This document shows, one piece after another, positions 46,346 through 58,831 of a DNA stretch of 64,000 nucleotides (positions within the stretch are counted from its first letter, which is position 1; every line of letters starts with the position of its first letter). Under the pieces are notes generated by a model. It saw only the letters and a program-made list of their open reading frames with translations. It was not told where the DNA came from and ran no database searches. This DNA comes from Amphiscolops sp. MND2022 (taxonomy: Eukaryota): positions 18,292,001 to 18,356,000 of the forward strand of contig OZ076409.1 of the NCBI GenBank assembly GCA_964187785.1. The letters run 5' to 3'. A program made the position numbers and the translations under genes.

Positions 46346-47209
46346 TGTGGAAATTTTAGTTTTGGGCGTTTACGAGAACCCATTGCTTTTGCGCGAAGTA
46401 CATACGCCAGGCGGAACGATTCGCAATGCATTGCGCCCAAAAGGACGGAAAAGTAGCCATTACGCGTAGAGAGCATGTAAACCATGTAACTGAAGGTCAT
46501 TGAACGATTGGCTCGATATTAGAAATATCTCGGGTGACTTCAATTATTATTGAAATGCGAACTTTGTACAACCATTGTTGAACAATTTGTCGTTGGCGGC
46601 GAAGTATGTCTGGCCGAAATATAACTAGGGCGCTGCCGTGCCATAAAAGGAATGGAACTACATGAAGTTAAAAGCATGCAAATAAAAGAGCGACATCGGT
46701 ACAACAAAAATGCGGCTGACGAATAAATATCTTAGGGCGGGAAAAGGAGAATAGAAGTGACACAGAAGAACGATTACGAAGTTAAGAGTAAGTTGAGCCG
46801 TGTGCGGGCAAGAAACCTACTCGAGATCGAATTTGACTTAACTGCTTTGTGAGAGCAGCGAATAAGTTACAAGTCCGGGACTTGGAAATCTTTGAGTGAA
46901 TCGTGATTTTGGCACAGTTCTGTCGAGTTATTATATATAATTCATTCATCTGCTGTGCGATTGTTATTTGATTGAGAGTTTATATACTGTGGAAATCTTC
47001 GACTTGTATTACCCAGCTAAATCCTGAATTAGAGTATTAGTTGCAAGTAACTTTTCCATAGCATTTTGGAGCCGAAAACTTGAGCACCGAAGAGACTTTG
47101 TGAAAAGAGTACGCGATACGTGGACGAAACTTACTCACTAAAAACTAAATCTTTCTGTTAGAATCGAGCAGTGGGATTCCTCTCCAACCCTCTACCAAAA
47201 ACTTTTACG
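46346..47209 (+). repeat. Element D 5' LTR (~864 bp)
   Basis: Starts TGTGGAAATTTT, is near-identical to 52379-53210, and is followed by the PBS. Confidence 0.85.
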
Positions 47210-47417
47210 GTGGCGCTCCTGGGTGGGCAATTTTCGTAGTTCTGTATCGCTGATATGTTGGAATTGTTTTACTGGGACTTAGCTGTAATCCCTTGACGAC
47301 GCGATCAAAACAAGCACATTATCTGATGAGGTTGATCGGCTGAGAACGTTTTCGTACAACAGAACAAAGAGATTTCTCTATTGCAACTAGTTGGTGCCTG
47401 AAGTAACGCTTTGGGTA

Positions 47418-48949
47418 TGGAAGACGAACAGCGACTTGCAATAATGGAGGCTGTCGCCCAAGGGGTGATACAGGGCCTGAACGGGAATGAGAATCGGCTG
47501 TTTGGCAATGGAGCGATCAGACCTGACAGCTTCCCCTCGCAGAACTATCCAGATTGGTCCCAATGGAAAACGCACTTTTACAGAGTTGGCAGAGCCAACG
47601 GATGGACTGAGTTGCAAGGTCTGCAAGCTGTGCCTGTGTGCTTGATTGGGTACGCATTGGACAAGTACAACGCTGCGCCTCGAGAACTGAGAGAGCAAGT
47701 GGATGCGGAAGATGCACCTACGTTAGCTGCACTATTCAATCACATGGGTAGAGAAATGGGGATGATGCGAAATGACCGTCTGGGGAAAGCAGAATTTAGA
47801 AAACTGCGACAGCGACCAGAGGAAACCCTGAGGGAAGTTGCCCGACGAGTGAGAAAACATTGGAAAGATTGCCTACTCAGAGAAGGACCCCAACACGAGA
47901 GACGAGTTGTTCCGGGAGAAGTTCCTCGAGAGTTTGAGCGATGTACAACTGGAAGTTCAGTTGTTGAAAGAAAACCCACAAACATTTGGGGATCTAGTGA
48001 ACAGGGCCGTTGACTTGGAAGTTATTGCTCGAACAACACGTGGCCGTTCACGGAATGAACAAGAGCGGTACGAAGAGTTTGGAAGGCAGCAAGACTCAAG
48101 TCGTGACATCCGTGGTTATTCAGACGAACCGTGGAAAGAAGGTTACAACAGCTCACTAGAAGAATGGACCAGATGACGCAGATGATGATGATTTTCATGG
48201 AAACTCTGTCAACAACTGTGAGGCCTGAGAAGCAAGCTGGGATGACAGACCCACCTAAACGTGAGGCCACCCCTGTGGCGACCGAACAAAAATTCAAGGG
48301 GAATGGCGGTTTTGTAGCCGATATCTGCCCTGTTTGCGATGGTTTTGGACATTTTCCCCAGCAATGCCCCAAACGGCAGGTGATGGTCGAAGACGCTCCT
48401 GAGGTGCACGGGAAGTTGACAAGAGAGAAAGCTGCACAAATTGTTGAGAGGGCCGGCTTAGCAATTGAAAGAAAGGCGCTGAACGCTGTGCGTGTGGTAG
48501 ACTGTTCTGGTTGTAACAGCGGGGTTTTCGTGAAAGCCCGAATCGAGGGAAGAGAGATGGACATTTTGTTGGACACGGGAGCTGGCGTGAACGTGGTGGA
48601 CTCAAGTACAATGGAATCGCTTAGACCCCCTGATGAGGTCGAAGATTTTTGCGGAGAGTTACGGTCTGTAGACGGTCAACCAGTGATGACCAAAGGACTA
48701 ACCCGCCTGAATTTGCAGCTGGGACCCATGAAGGAGCAGGAAGAGTTTGTGGTGGTTCCCCACAGCGAGCCATCAGTTATTCTACGCTTGAACTTCGTGA
48801 AAAAGCATAGAATGATTTTTGACTTTGGGAAAGACGAACTGTCCATACCTCCTCTGTCCTCAGAACCGCTGAAAATGAGAGTTGTTGCATCGCAATGGAT
48901 CGCAATGGGGCGAAGACGGAGGAAGTTGTTACCAGCGGAGTACCAGTGA
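47418..48949 (+). pseudogene. gag: Element D gag-protease (frameshifted)
   Basis: Capsid-like DWSQWKTHFYRVGRANGW, knuckle CPVCDGFGHFPQQC and protease ILLDTGAGVNVV, split over ORFs 47411-48013, 47907-48176 and 48131-48949. Confidence 0.85.
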
Positions 48950-49229
48950 CAGCCGTGAAAGCGCGGAGACTGAACTCTCACGGTCGACATCCTCCACTCA
49001 GCACTTGAGCGTTCCCGACAGCAAGAATCCAAGATGGGATTCCGGAGAGAAACCGCCACCAAGGCGATGGTACGCAGTGATAGTGGACACAGATGCTGAT
49101 TTCCGCAAGGTATCGACAACAGAGTCTCAGAACAGGAGTGATGGCAGCGGATGCTCCATCGTTACTACCCTGAAACCTCATCAGGTGACCCTTTTTGGCG
49201 ATGATGACGTCGACGGAGGACGCGGAAAC

Positions 49230-49645
49230 CTGAAGCACAAAGAGATCGAAGGAGACCTATTTTCGTCCAAAGGTTGTTTGGCTCACTGTGTTTCGGCAGA
49301 TTTCCACATGGGGATCGGAGTTGCCAAGCAAGTCAAAACGAGGTATTCACTGCTTATCCGAAGGGTGTCAACCACAAGAAACAGCCAGTTTTTGCGCAGT
49401 GGATTGAAGGAGAACGTCGTTACGTGTATCACTTGGTCACCAAACAACGATACGTCGAGAAACCGACGTACGATTCCGTGAAAACGTCGCTGCAACAGAT
49501 GAGAACCCACGCGGAGTGGTCTGGGGTCCACAGAATAGGTCTGCCGAGGATGGGCTGTGGGTTGGATAAACTGAATTGGAGTGAAATACGAAGCCTAATT
49601 AAGGACGTCTTCAAAGGGAGTCACGTAGCTATTACAGTGTATGTA
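49230..49645 (+). pseudogene. OARD1/TARG1-type macrodomain (ADP-ribose glycohydrolase), one frameshift near 49345
   Basis: GDLFSSKGCLAHCVSADFHMGIGVAKQVK, YVYHLVTKQRYVEKPTYDSVKTSL and IGLPRMGCGLDKLNWSEI match the TARG1/Poa1p-like macrodomain signature. Confidence 0.9.
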
Positions 49646-50723
49646 GTCCCTCAGCAGAACCCGGCTCCCAAATGCGAGACTGACGCCGAAGAAGTTGGAA
49701 GCAGAAGGGGAGAACGCCCTTCGCCGACACCTTCCAGCTCGGAGTACATTGACGACTGGTTCGACAGGAACCAACAATCAGAACTGGGAAAGTTCAAAGA
49801 GCGAGGGTTGCGGTCTCTCCGACACAAGAGGAGCGAGAATGCAGGATTGTGGTCAGTCAAACGCGGAGCGGCTCAGCCGGATGCCACTGGACCGTACAAA
49901 CGCGAGAAGATGATGGCTTAAAGAACAACTATCACTTCGGGAGATTGACGTGTCTTTGGTTAGATGTATTTGACCCGAAACTTCGATTCGGCTTGACGAC
50001 TTTACGAAACATAGTGAAACTTTCCTTAATCTTACGTTTTTTGTTTTTGTTTTTTTATAAAACAGGTAACGCGCCACCCGTGAACACCTGAAACACCCCT
50101 GTGACGTTGTTTCGAAGCGAGCAGAAGAAAAGAAAGAATTTTGAATTAGCAGTGCTAGATATTAGAATTTTGGGTATTACTAAAACAACGGCGCCTCGAA
50201 ACAATGTCACCCCCCAAGGCTCAAAGCATATGCTTGCGTATAATTTTCACGACCCAACGAGACCTGTTCCTGAGGATTCCCCCTTCCAAAGAAAGTATGT
50301 CTCTTTGACGAATTATGACCCCTGCCCCATGTTTTAATCGCCCTGAGATACTCTTCTATCAAAGCGGTGTTCCGCCTTGACTATATATTTTTTTTATTAT
50401 CTACGATCAATCGACCTCCCCTCCCTAAAATGACTACCCCAAGTTAATGATGCGGTGCAAAATCAGTGTTTTGTACCTAGTGATGAATCGTAGCCCCCAG
50501 ATTTGCTTTGATTTAGTTTTGTGCAGTAATTTTTTTTGTCACATTCTTTGACCCCTGCACCCTTCTCTTTAAAGGGGGCCTAGAATACTCGACCGAACCC
50601 TGAATCGTACTCGTTCGTAAGCATTAAAGGGGACTTTCTCAAATTAGAGGCAGTGCTATGAACACTGTATTTCAATTTTAACGAAGGAAGTCGATGATGA
50701 CAAATGATGTTTATACGGATGAA

Positions 50724-51026
50724 TTAAAGTAAGAAATGTGGAGGGGTTGGCTCCCGCAGAGCACCCCAGAGTTTTTGGCGGGAAATGAGGAGACGCAGTT
50801 TTTGCACTCCCACCAGACCAATCTCCGATGTGGCGAGGTTCCTCAGGAAGATGACGAATTATACCCAACCAGGGCCAAGGTAGTCCAGACATAACGCGCC
50901 GAATTCGCCCTCCACGGTCACCTGGACCTCGTGATGCTCTGCAATTTCCATACGGGTGATCTCGAACACCACGCGGAAGTACTGAGATTCCCAATACAGA
51001 CTCAATAGGAAAGGACCTTGTGCCAT
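50724..51026 (-). pseudogene. Small antisense ORF in element D (~100 codons, one internal TAA)
   Basis: MAQGPFLLSLYWESQYFRVVFEITRMEI...GWV*FVIFLRNLATSEIG...PHFLL* in one frame, with higher GC than its surroundings. Confidence 0.35.
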
Positions 51027-51453
51027 GTTGTTATTCTCGTTTTGATTTAGGCGTAGAGGAAAGCGTATGGATGTATAATTAAGCAGTACCAAAACTCCGT
51101 GCTGGCGAAAGTTGACTGTGGTAAAAGAGTAAATATGTCGAGTAAACAAAACTTCCAACGACGAAAATCCCACTTCATTTAATTTTTGATTCTTTGACAT
51201 ACTTCTGAATACGAATATCTAAACAAGTAAAAGGAGAACCATTTAAAAACAACCCCGTACCCGAATGTTGCCGAAAGTAAAGAAGTACAGGAAACAATTG
51301 TTTGCTCTCTAAACAGATCTCGAAGCAGCTCGTCGAAATAAACCTCACGAGTACTAAAACTTGAGAATAGGCATTTTTGTTCGCACGAATAGCAAGTAAA
51401 GTTCGAGTTTGTTGAGTAATATTATCGATTGATTTTTTCACCATTTTGCGTTC

Positions 51454-51747
51454 ATGGCTTTTATGGGACTGTATATAAGCAATTGGTACTTACCGAACTG
51501 GAATGAGTACGTACGAGTAGTAAGAATCTTCTGCCTCTTCGACCGGGCACCCATGACAGTGGAAGTATCCACCGCAACCCGTAGGCGGCGAGAAGTAGTA
51601 ATACGCCCGGGAACAGAGGAGTGGAGGAGTCTGTCGGCGCTCCTCCGCGATTATCGAAGAACAGCGAGTAATCTCAATGCAACGGAGCGGGGTGCACTCG
51701 AAGAACTCATGGCTTATATGGGGAGCTTTTATAGATTGACTCAGTGA
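51454..51747 (+). CDS. Small sense ORF in element D (97 aa, unknown)
   Basis: ATG-initiated, GC-richer island followed by AATAAA (~51753). Divergent from the 51026 ORF. Confidence 0.4.
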   Translation: MAFMGLYISNWYLPNWNEYVRVVRIFCLFDRAPMTVEVSTATRRRREVVIRPGTEEWRSLSALLRDYRRTASNLNATERGALEELMAYMGSFYRLTQ

Positions 51748-52378
51748 AAAAAAATAAATAGTATTCGGTGTGGCATTTAAAGATTTTTGTTATCCAGGAT
51801 TTTCAGTTTTTTTGACCTTTTTACCATTATAATCTACTACAAATACAAACTTGAGTATTTTTTTAATTCTGACTTCGGTGTTTTTATCTTCATAAGATGT
51901 TTGAATTGCCTATGTTATTTTTTTAATATTGATTTTTACCCTTCAAGGAACACTGTAAATATTATCAACGATCCGTGTTATTGTTTTTTTTGGAAATCAT
52001 TTGCTCAATGCCCAACCCCCTATCATAACGGGTATGTGTAACCTAGATCCCACGGTTCAGCCAAAGACGTTAAGATTATTCGGGAGACAAAACGTGCAGA
52101 AGGGAAGAGTGTGGAAATTTTAGTTTTCTGCCAATGTTGATTTTTTTTAAATGCAATAAGGAAAACCATGTTTTTAGCGCGGGGTTGTTTTTTCAAACAA
52201 CGTTTGCCAACTACTGGATGCTGGAAAACTGGAGAGTATTTTCCTTTTCGTCGAAAGTAGAGGTGCACCGGACAGAAAAATTTCCGTCCGGCCGGACAGG
52301 ACTGATTGAAGCCAGATACCGGCCGGACCTGACATTATCCTCAATTGTAAGCTATGGAGGGCTGTTTTCAGAATTGGG

Positions 52379-53210
52379 TGTGGAAATTTTAAATTTGGGC
52401 GTTTATGAAAACCCATTGCTTTTGCGCGAAGTACATACGCCAGGCGGAACTATTCGCAATGCATTGCGCCCAAAAGGACGGAAAAGTAGCCATTACGCGT
52501 AGAGAGCATGTAAACCATGTAACTGAAGGTCATTGAACGATTGGCGCGATATTAGAAATATCTCGGGTGACTTCAATTATTATTGAAATGCGAACTTTGT
52601 ACAACCATTGTTGAACGATTTGTCGTTGGCGGCGAAGTATGTCTGGCCGAAATATAACTAGGGCGCTGCCGTGCCATAAAAGGAATGGAACTACATGAAG
52701 TTAAAAGCATGCAAATAAAAGAGCGACATCGGTACAACAAAAATGCGGCTGACGAATAAATATCTTAGGGCGGGAAAAGGAGAATAGAAGTGACACAGGA
52801 GAACGATTACGAAGTTAAGAGTAAATTGAGCCGTGTGCGGGCAAGAAACCTACTCGAGATCGAATTTGACTTAACTGCTTTGTGAGAGCAGCGAATAAGT
52901 TACAAATCCGGGACTTGGAAATCTTTGAGTGAATCGTGATTTTGGCACAGTTCTGTCGAGTTATTATATATAATTCATTCATCTGCTGTGCAATTGTTAT
53001 TTGATTGAGAGTTTATATACTGTGGAAATCTTCGACTTGTATTACCCAGCTAAATCCTGAATTAGAGTATTAGTTGCAAGTAACTTTTCCATAGCATTTT
53101 GGAGTCGAAAACTTGAGCACCGGAGAGACTTTGTGAAAAGAGTACGCGATACGTGGACGAAACTTACTCACTAAAAACCAAACCTTTCTGTTAGAATCGA
53201 GCAGTGGAAT
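52379..53210 (+). repeat. Element D second LTR copy (3'-truncated)
   Basis: Matches 46346-47177. Preceded by a copy of the upstream flank rather than directly by the PPT. Confidence 0.85.
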
Positions 53211-53359
53211 GCGATGTTTCAACTTTCTGCCAATGTTGATTTTTTTTAAAATGCAATAAAGGAAAACCATGTTTTTAGCGCGGGGGTTGTTTTTTCAAAC
53301 AACGTTTGCCAACTACTAGATGCTGGAAAACTGGAGAGTATTTTCCTTTTCGTCGAAAG

Positions 53360-53758
53360 TAGAGGTGCACCGGACAGGAAAATTTCCGTCCGGCCGGACA
53401 GGACTGATTGAAGCCAGATACCGGCCGGACCTGACATTATCCTCAATTGTAAGCTATGGAGGGCTGTTTTCAGAATTGGGCAACGACCATTACGAAAAAC
53501 GAAGCAGGCTTTTACCACAGAGCGGTGAAAAACGATTTTCCCTCCGCCATAATTTAATGAATTTTGATTCACAGTCACAAATTCAATTTTCCGATGCACA
53601 TGCACTTTTTCTAAGTTAGATATTCCGAATTTTTAAGATTATTATTTTAAGATAATATCCGGCCCGACATTTTACAATGTCCGGCCGGATACCGGACAGG
53701 ACATTTTCCTGAAATCCGGCCGGATACCGGACCGGACTTGTTGTCCGGTACACCTCTA
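53360..53758. mobile_element. hAT-type MITE (399 bp)
   Basis: TIRs TAGAGGTGCACCGGACA / TGTCCGGTACACCTCTA, 8-bp TSD GTCGAAAG/ATCGAAAG (7/8), and subterminal CCGG/CCGGAC repeats. Its left 120 bp also occur at ~46225-46345 and ~52258-52378. Confidence 0.85.
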
Positions 53759-55541
53759 ATCGAAAGGGTAACGCGTGTTCTCTGCGTGATGACAAAGCCT
53801 GCGTGGGATTTGAGAGATCGATTCGAGTCGCGCGCTAGATTTTTCTATTCTGACAAAAACAAAGGAAAGACGAGTCCTATTTGATGCTTTCCTGGTACTA
53901 TACTTTTTTTGAAAAAAAAACTTTTACTTCAACGAAAAGCGTATTTGCGTCCCACTTTATGTTTGGGCACAGTGCGACTATTTTGAAAAAAATTCGTCCA
54001 AAAAACTTTCTGCGCGAATTTGGGTTTTCGATGTTTTCAATTACCGATAAGCGTTTTGCGAGTCTACAAAGTCCTTTCTTTGGGTTTCTTTGAACTGAGA
54101 CTTTTTACTTTTTTCGAAAATTGTTGTAGCTTTTACTGGTTGAGATTATTCCGGTACATTACCTTTTTCAAACAATTGAAAAAATTCGATTATCTTGAAA
54201 GTGTCTTGTAAGTTTGCAAGAGTACGAAAACTATTGCAGTGCCACTGTGCGTCTTGAATTTTTCGGAATGATATTGAGTTGTTTCATCACAGAAACATTA
54301 AGCATACACAAACGTCTTTCGTTTCCTTGAAGAAGCAATATCAGTTTCAATTATTTTGCATGTTCAGAGTTTACTGCTGACACCAATTGCAAAAGTTTCA
54401 GATATTGTCTGAATTGTATTTTTCTGACAAAGTATCGTTCCAGAAAAATAAATAAGATGACGTATAATGGCAATGAACTTGTTACCAAAAAACTAATTAA
54501 ACATTGCGTAATGGTGTTTTCTCTAGAAAACTCTTTGATTTTGTCAATGCGTTAGGGTGATGCGAGTAAACTATTTTCACTCCACTGAAGTCTCATTTTT
54601 CAGGAACCTTTTGCCCCAGGATGCAAAATATGTCGCCAAGCCACTGCGTCTCTTGTTTCTTTTTAGTTCAAGCTTCAATGGCGGGCCTCAAAATGTAAGT
54701 TTCTCAGTAGAATAACATTGACGCATTGAACAAATTTGAAGCATATGATGAAAAATGACATTGAATCGATATCACTAACCGTTTTTTGGACAGTAGCGTT
54801 TTCGTTGTCCGTGGGTTTTGCAGATACTGCTACTTTTGTTGTATTACTCATTGTCCAAAGTGTAAGTCGCTATTTTTGCTGTTCAACAAATTTGACCCAT
54901 TTATTCTAATCACGTCTAAGAATGAAAAGGCGAGAGAAATCAAATATATATTAGCCCAGCTGATGTTTTCTACTTAGTCGTTGCGCACGGCCAAATTAAT
55001 GATGCAAATCGAAAAATGTTGCTGCTTTTTTATGCTTGATTAGTCAATGCATTAGAAGTCAAGCAGCCTAAAAGATTTTTGCCGCCTACTTTATAATATT
55101 TACTTTTTTCAACGGCTGATAATCAACCTGATTTTAGCTTTAATGTTTTCCTCAGCATATCATGTCTTGACATAAAAGGCATGCAAAGTCACTCTGGAGA
55201 GCATTCAATAGATTTTTCTATCCCTTGTTTTGAAATATAACACAGGTGCCGGACGGTGAAAAGCAATCAACAATCACATTCAATAAACTTCGAAATGTCT
55301 CAGTTGAATGGCATTATTTTCAAGTTTTAATTTTGTCTGCCTCTTAAAGTTTGGATGTGTGTTACAACATTATAAACTTAGCACGAAACAGCAGCCCTTG
55401 GAGTACTTTTTTATATGCTACAACCGGCAAAAAATAACAAAAATGGTTTGAAAAAGTACATTGGATGCAATAGCTTTTTGCCGGTGAAAAACTTGAGAAT
55501 CTCTTTTTGTTCTATGAAAAGATATCTTTAATAAAAGCCGC

Positions 55542-57999
55542 AAACTTTTGGATGTCATTGGAAAACATCCAGATTTCTAGAAAAACAAGACGGAACGTCT
55601 AAAGTCGGCGCCATATCTAAGGCTCAAGAAGCGCAGATTTGAAATATGCGTAGGACGTTTTCATGAAAAACTCCTGTTTTCGGACCTCCGCATCCTCCTT
55701 GCAAAAACGCAAAATAGTTCGGATATAACGTCAAAAGTTGGGATATAGCGCTTTACTCCGGATATTACGAGCGCAGATTTCTAAAAAATTGAAGGGGGAC
55801 CCTTTGAAGACAAAAAAAATTTAGAAAAAAAATCTCACTTCGCCGAAAATTGAAAGGGGGACCCTTTGGTCTTATCCGGTTTGTATGTTACGTTTAAAAA
55901 GTAAAAATTGAAAGGGGGACTCTTTGCGACAGCTTAGATGCATTTCCCAGGTATTCGTTTAGTTGAACAAACTGAACAAAAAGTTCGTCGCTTCGAGTCT
56001 GTCTTTAAAAAAAAAGAAAAAACGAGTGACTGTAATAGTCGGGCTCTTTTACTGTTAAAAGCTCCGACTAAAAATAGTCACTTTCTGAGTTTAAAATCTA
56101 ATGACAGAATATTTTTCCCCAAAAAAGCGGTGCCATTTACAGCGCAGGAAAACAAGTTGTTTTCGTACTTTAAGTGATTTTTCAGAGTAAATTCCAAGTC
56201 CTTCCAAAATACCAATTTCATTCAGTTGTTAAAAAACAAGACGCCCGTTGACAAACAGCTTTTTTTCACCCCAAACTGTTCTAACAACAACTTAATTTCA
56301 AAATTAGAATGGGGCCAATAAACCAAAAAATAGAGCCAAAACTAAAAATGCAGCCAAAACTAACGCTTGAACCACTACAGCAAGCTCTCCGAGTACAGCG
56401 AACTTTGGTTCCTTTTACACAAGATCTCATCAAAACGTTTCATTTTCTCAAATGCAATAGATTAAACGCTGATAGTATTGCCTTGCATGCATCTCTTGGG
56501 ACCTTCATACGTCCGGAAACATCTCAAATTTAGTTTAAAATGGTTTAAAAAACGTTCGGAATACGAAGTTTTACTTTATTTCATTCAAGCGATTTTGTCA
56601 GAAAACGTGAAAAATCTCAATATGAAACATGTTGAGTAGCCATCAAGGTGACTGGAGACTTTATTAGCCAGAGAAGCGTCCAAACGTCGTTTAAAATCGA
56701 GGACGTTTTGTGAAAAACTAAAACTTTTTGTCTTTTTTTTCATTGGAAGCATTTTTTTAAACGAAAGCATTGAAGTTCCTTCTATTGGAGTGTTTATATT
56801 AGCCATTACTCTGTGGGCTTGTTGAAGATGGTGGATAATCATACTCACGAAAACAAAATAAAATACTACAAAATAGCACAAAACGCAAGCGCAAAACTCA
56901 AAATGGCAAGTTTTCACTTTGATTGTCACTTTCAGGACGTTTTGTCGCATTGAAGTATCGAAAAACCTAAGATTTCCTCCGAAAATGTATGTTGAACATT
57001 TCTTTTCTGTCAAAAAAACTGAAACTGTCCTGAACTTACCAAAAAGACAGCACAAATCGCTCACACAAAAACAAAACGGCAAGTTTTTTGTCACTTTCAG
57101 GGCATTTTATTAGAGTATCAAAAGATTCAAACTTTGTCGAAAACAACTGAAATTTCCCAAAATTGTACAAAAGTTAACGAAATGAAACGCAAATATGGAA
57201 CTTAACGTTTTTGAAAACATTTTTTGTGTTTTCTAAGACTTTTCCCCTGATTTCTCTCTAGAAAAGCGTAATAGTAGTTGATTATCTTACTGCTGAGATG
57301 GGTAGATTTTCTAGTTTGCGAAAACATTCGAAAACTGTCTGAACTTTGTGCCAGAATCTTTACAGTTCTTACTTTTAGCTTTTTTGTCAATTTCAGGACC
57401 TTTTCGACAAAATATTCGAACATTCTCTTCGAAAAAAGGAATGATTAGCCTATGGTTTTATAAAACCATAGGCTAATCATTCCTTTTTTTCGAAGAGAAA
57501 GTATACTTTCAAGTTAGTGGATTTTGAACTCTACGAAATATTCCATGAGTTGCGGAAAATTGGGACTAATTTGTCGGAAAATGTGAATTTGACTTGTTGT
57601 CTTCTACGCTTTCTTTTGACAGAAGCTGCAGATATCGCTTCAATACAGTTTTAAAAAGCTAGTTTTTTTCGTCGTTGATCTTTTGGAACAATTCAATCCA
57701 CAAAAGATCATGAAAATTTCACAAGATGCAGTGGAACGTCAAACATTGCCAACGTTTGGATTCTACAGATTTGCGGTCATTCTGAGTACCTTGTCGGCAA
57801 AAATACGCATTTTTTTCGGATATCACACTTTTCTTTACATATGTACATAGTACATACAAAATTTTACATAAAATTTATTGTAGATGAGTTCTGTGGACGA
57901 AGCTATAATTTGGGTTTCATTTTAGAACATAGCAAATTTAGGAAAAAAGCAGCTGTAAAGATATTTGCTTTACCACAAGGAAATATGAACGAAAATAAA
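55542..57999 (+). repeat. Local segmental duplication, copy 1 (contains HINE-like 55584-56074)
   Basis: Colinear with 58832-61712, with frequent substitutions and indels. Confidence 0.85.
57423..57499. repeat. 77-bp spacerless palindrome
   Basis: TTCTCTTCGAAAAAAGGAATGATTAGCCTATGGTTTTA|TAAAACCATAGGCTAATCATTCCTTTTTTTCGAAGAGAA. The arms differ only by one base in the A/T run. Confidence 0.92.
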
Positions 58000-58831
58000 A
58001 ATTGTTAGCTTGATCGCTTTTTAGACACCGAGACTGACTTTGAGTCCACGACGTCATTCCCCTTGTCAAAAAATAGACAACTTTCGAAATTTATTCAAGT
58101 CATACCAATTTTTTGTCGCTGCACATTGTATTAAAGGTTATTAGATTTCTTGAAGCATCGACTAAAACTCAAGCAAGGATTATTTGAAAAACGCTTTAAT
58201 GTTTTTCAAGTGCCTTAATCTTGTTTGCTGGTTTTAAAACTATGTTTTTTCACCTATAACTGGGCATTTGAAGGAATATTTTGATTTATTTTGCATTTTC
58301 ATTTGCGTATTTTGAATTCGGCTGCTCATGAAACGAAGATTGATCACCGCTTCAATTAAATACTCTATACTTGTCGTTTCAATAACTTACGAAGACATCA
58401 TTTGCAAGAAGCAAGTCGTGGTTTTTCGACCAGAATTAAATTCTCCCGAGCTATTGAAGTTTGTTGAACATAAAATACTGTAGTAGACTTGATTTAGTGA
58501 TGATGGAGAACAGACTAAGGATTACTGACTCAACAAAGCACGCTAAGTTTGCCATCAGAAGAAAAGAAGAAAGTTAATTTCCTCATAACCGCGGGGTTCG
58601 ACGGCAAATAAGCAGTTCTGCTCTTCAGAATCGGCGCTCTTTTTCGGACACAATCTGCAAAATATAGCAAGCTATGGTACGATCCATCAGCTGATTGAAA
58701 AAAAAACTGCTCCAGGATTTCAAGATGAAAACCAACTTTAATTTCGATCACAGTGCATCTGATGATGGTCAATTGTGACTCAAACTGATCAATCGAAGCC
58801 GCAGTCGCCACACTGAGTTGCAGCCTCTTCG

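Larger units (their letters stand above)
46346..53210 (+). mobile_element. Non-autonomous LTR retroelement (element D): gag, protease, macrodomain, no RT or integrase
   Basis: LTR 46346-~47209 repeated at 52379-53210. PBS TGGCGCTCCTGGGTGGG (47211-47227, tRNA-Asn-like) and PPT AGAAGGGAAGAG (52098-52109). Inserted in a hAT MITE after TTGGG. Confidence 0.88.

Noticed and set aside
46141..46500. ORFs repeated at 46141-46500, 52134-52502 and 53246-53619
   Set aside because: They are incidental frames across the triplicated flank, MITE and LTR junctions.
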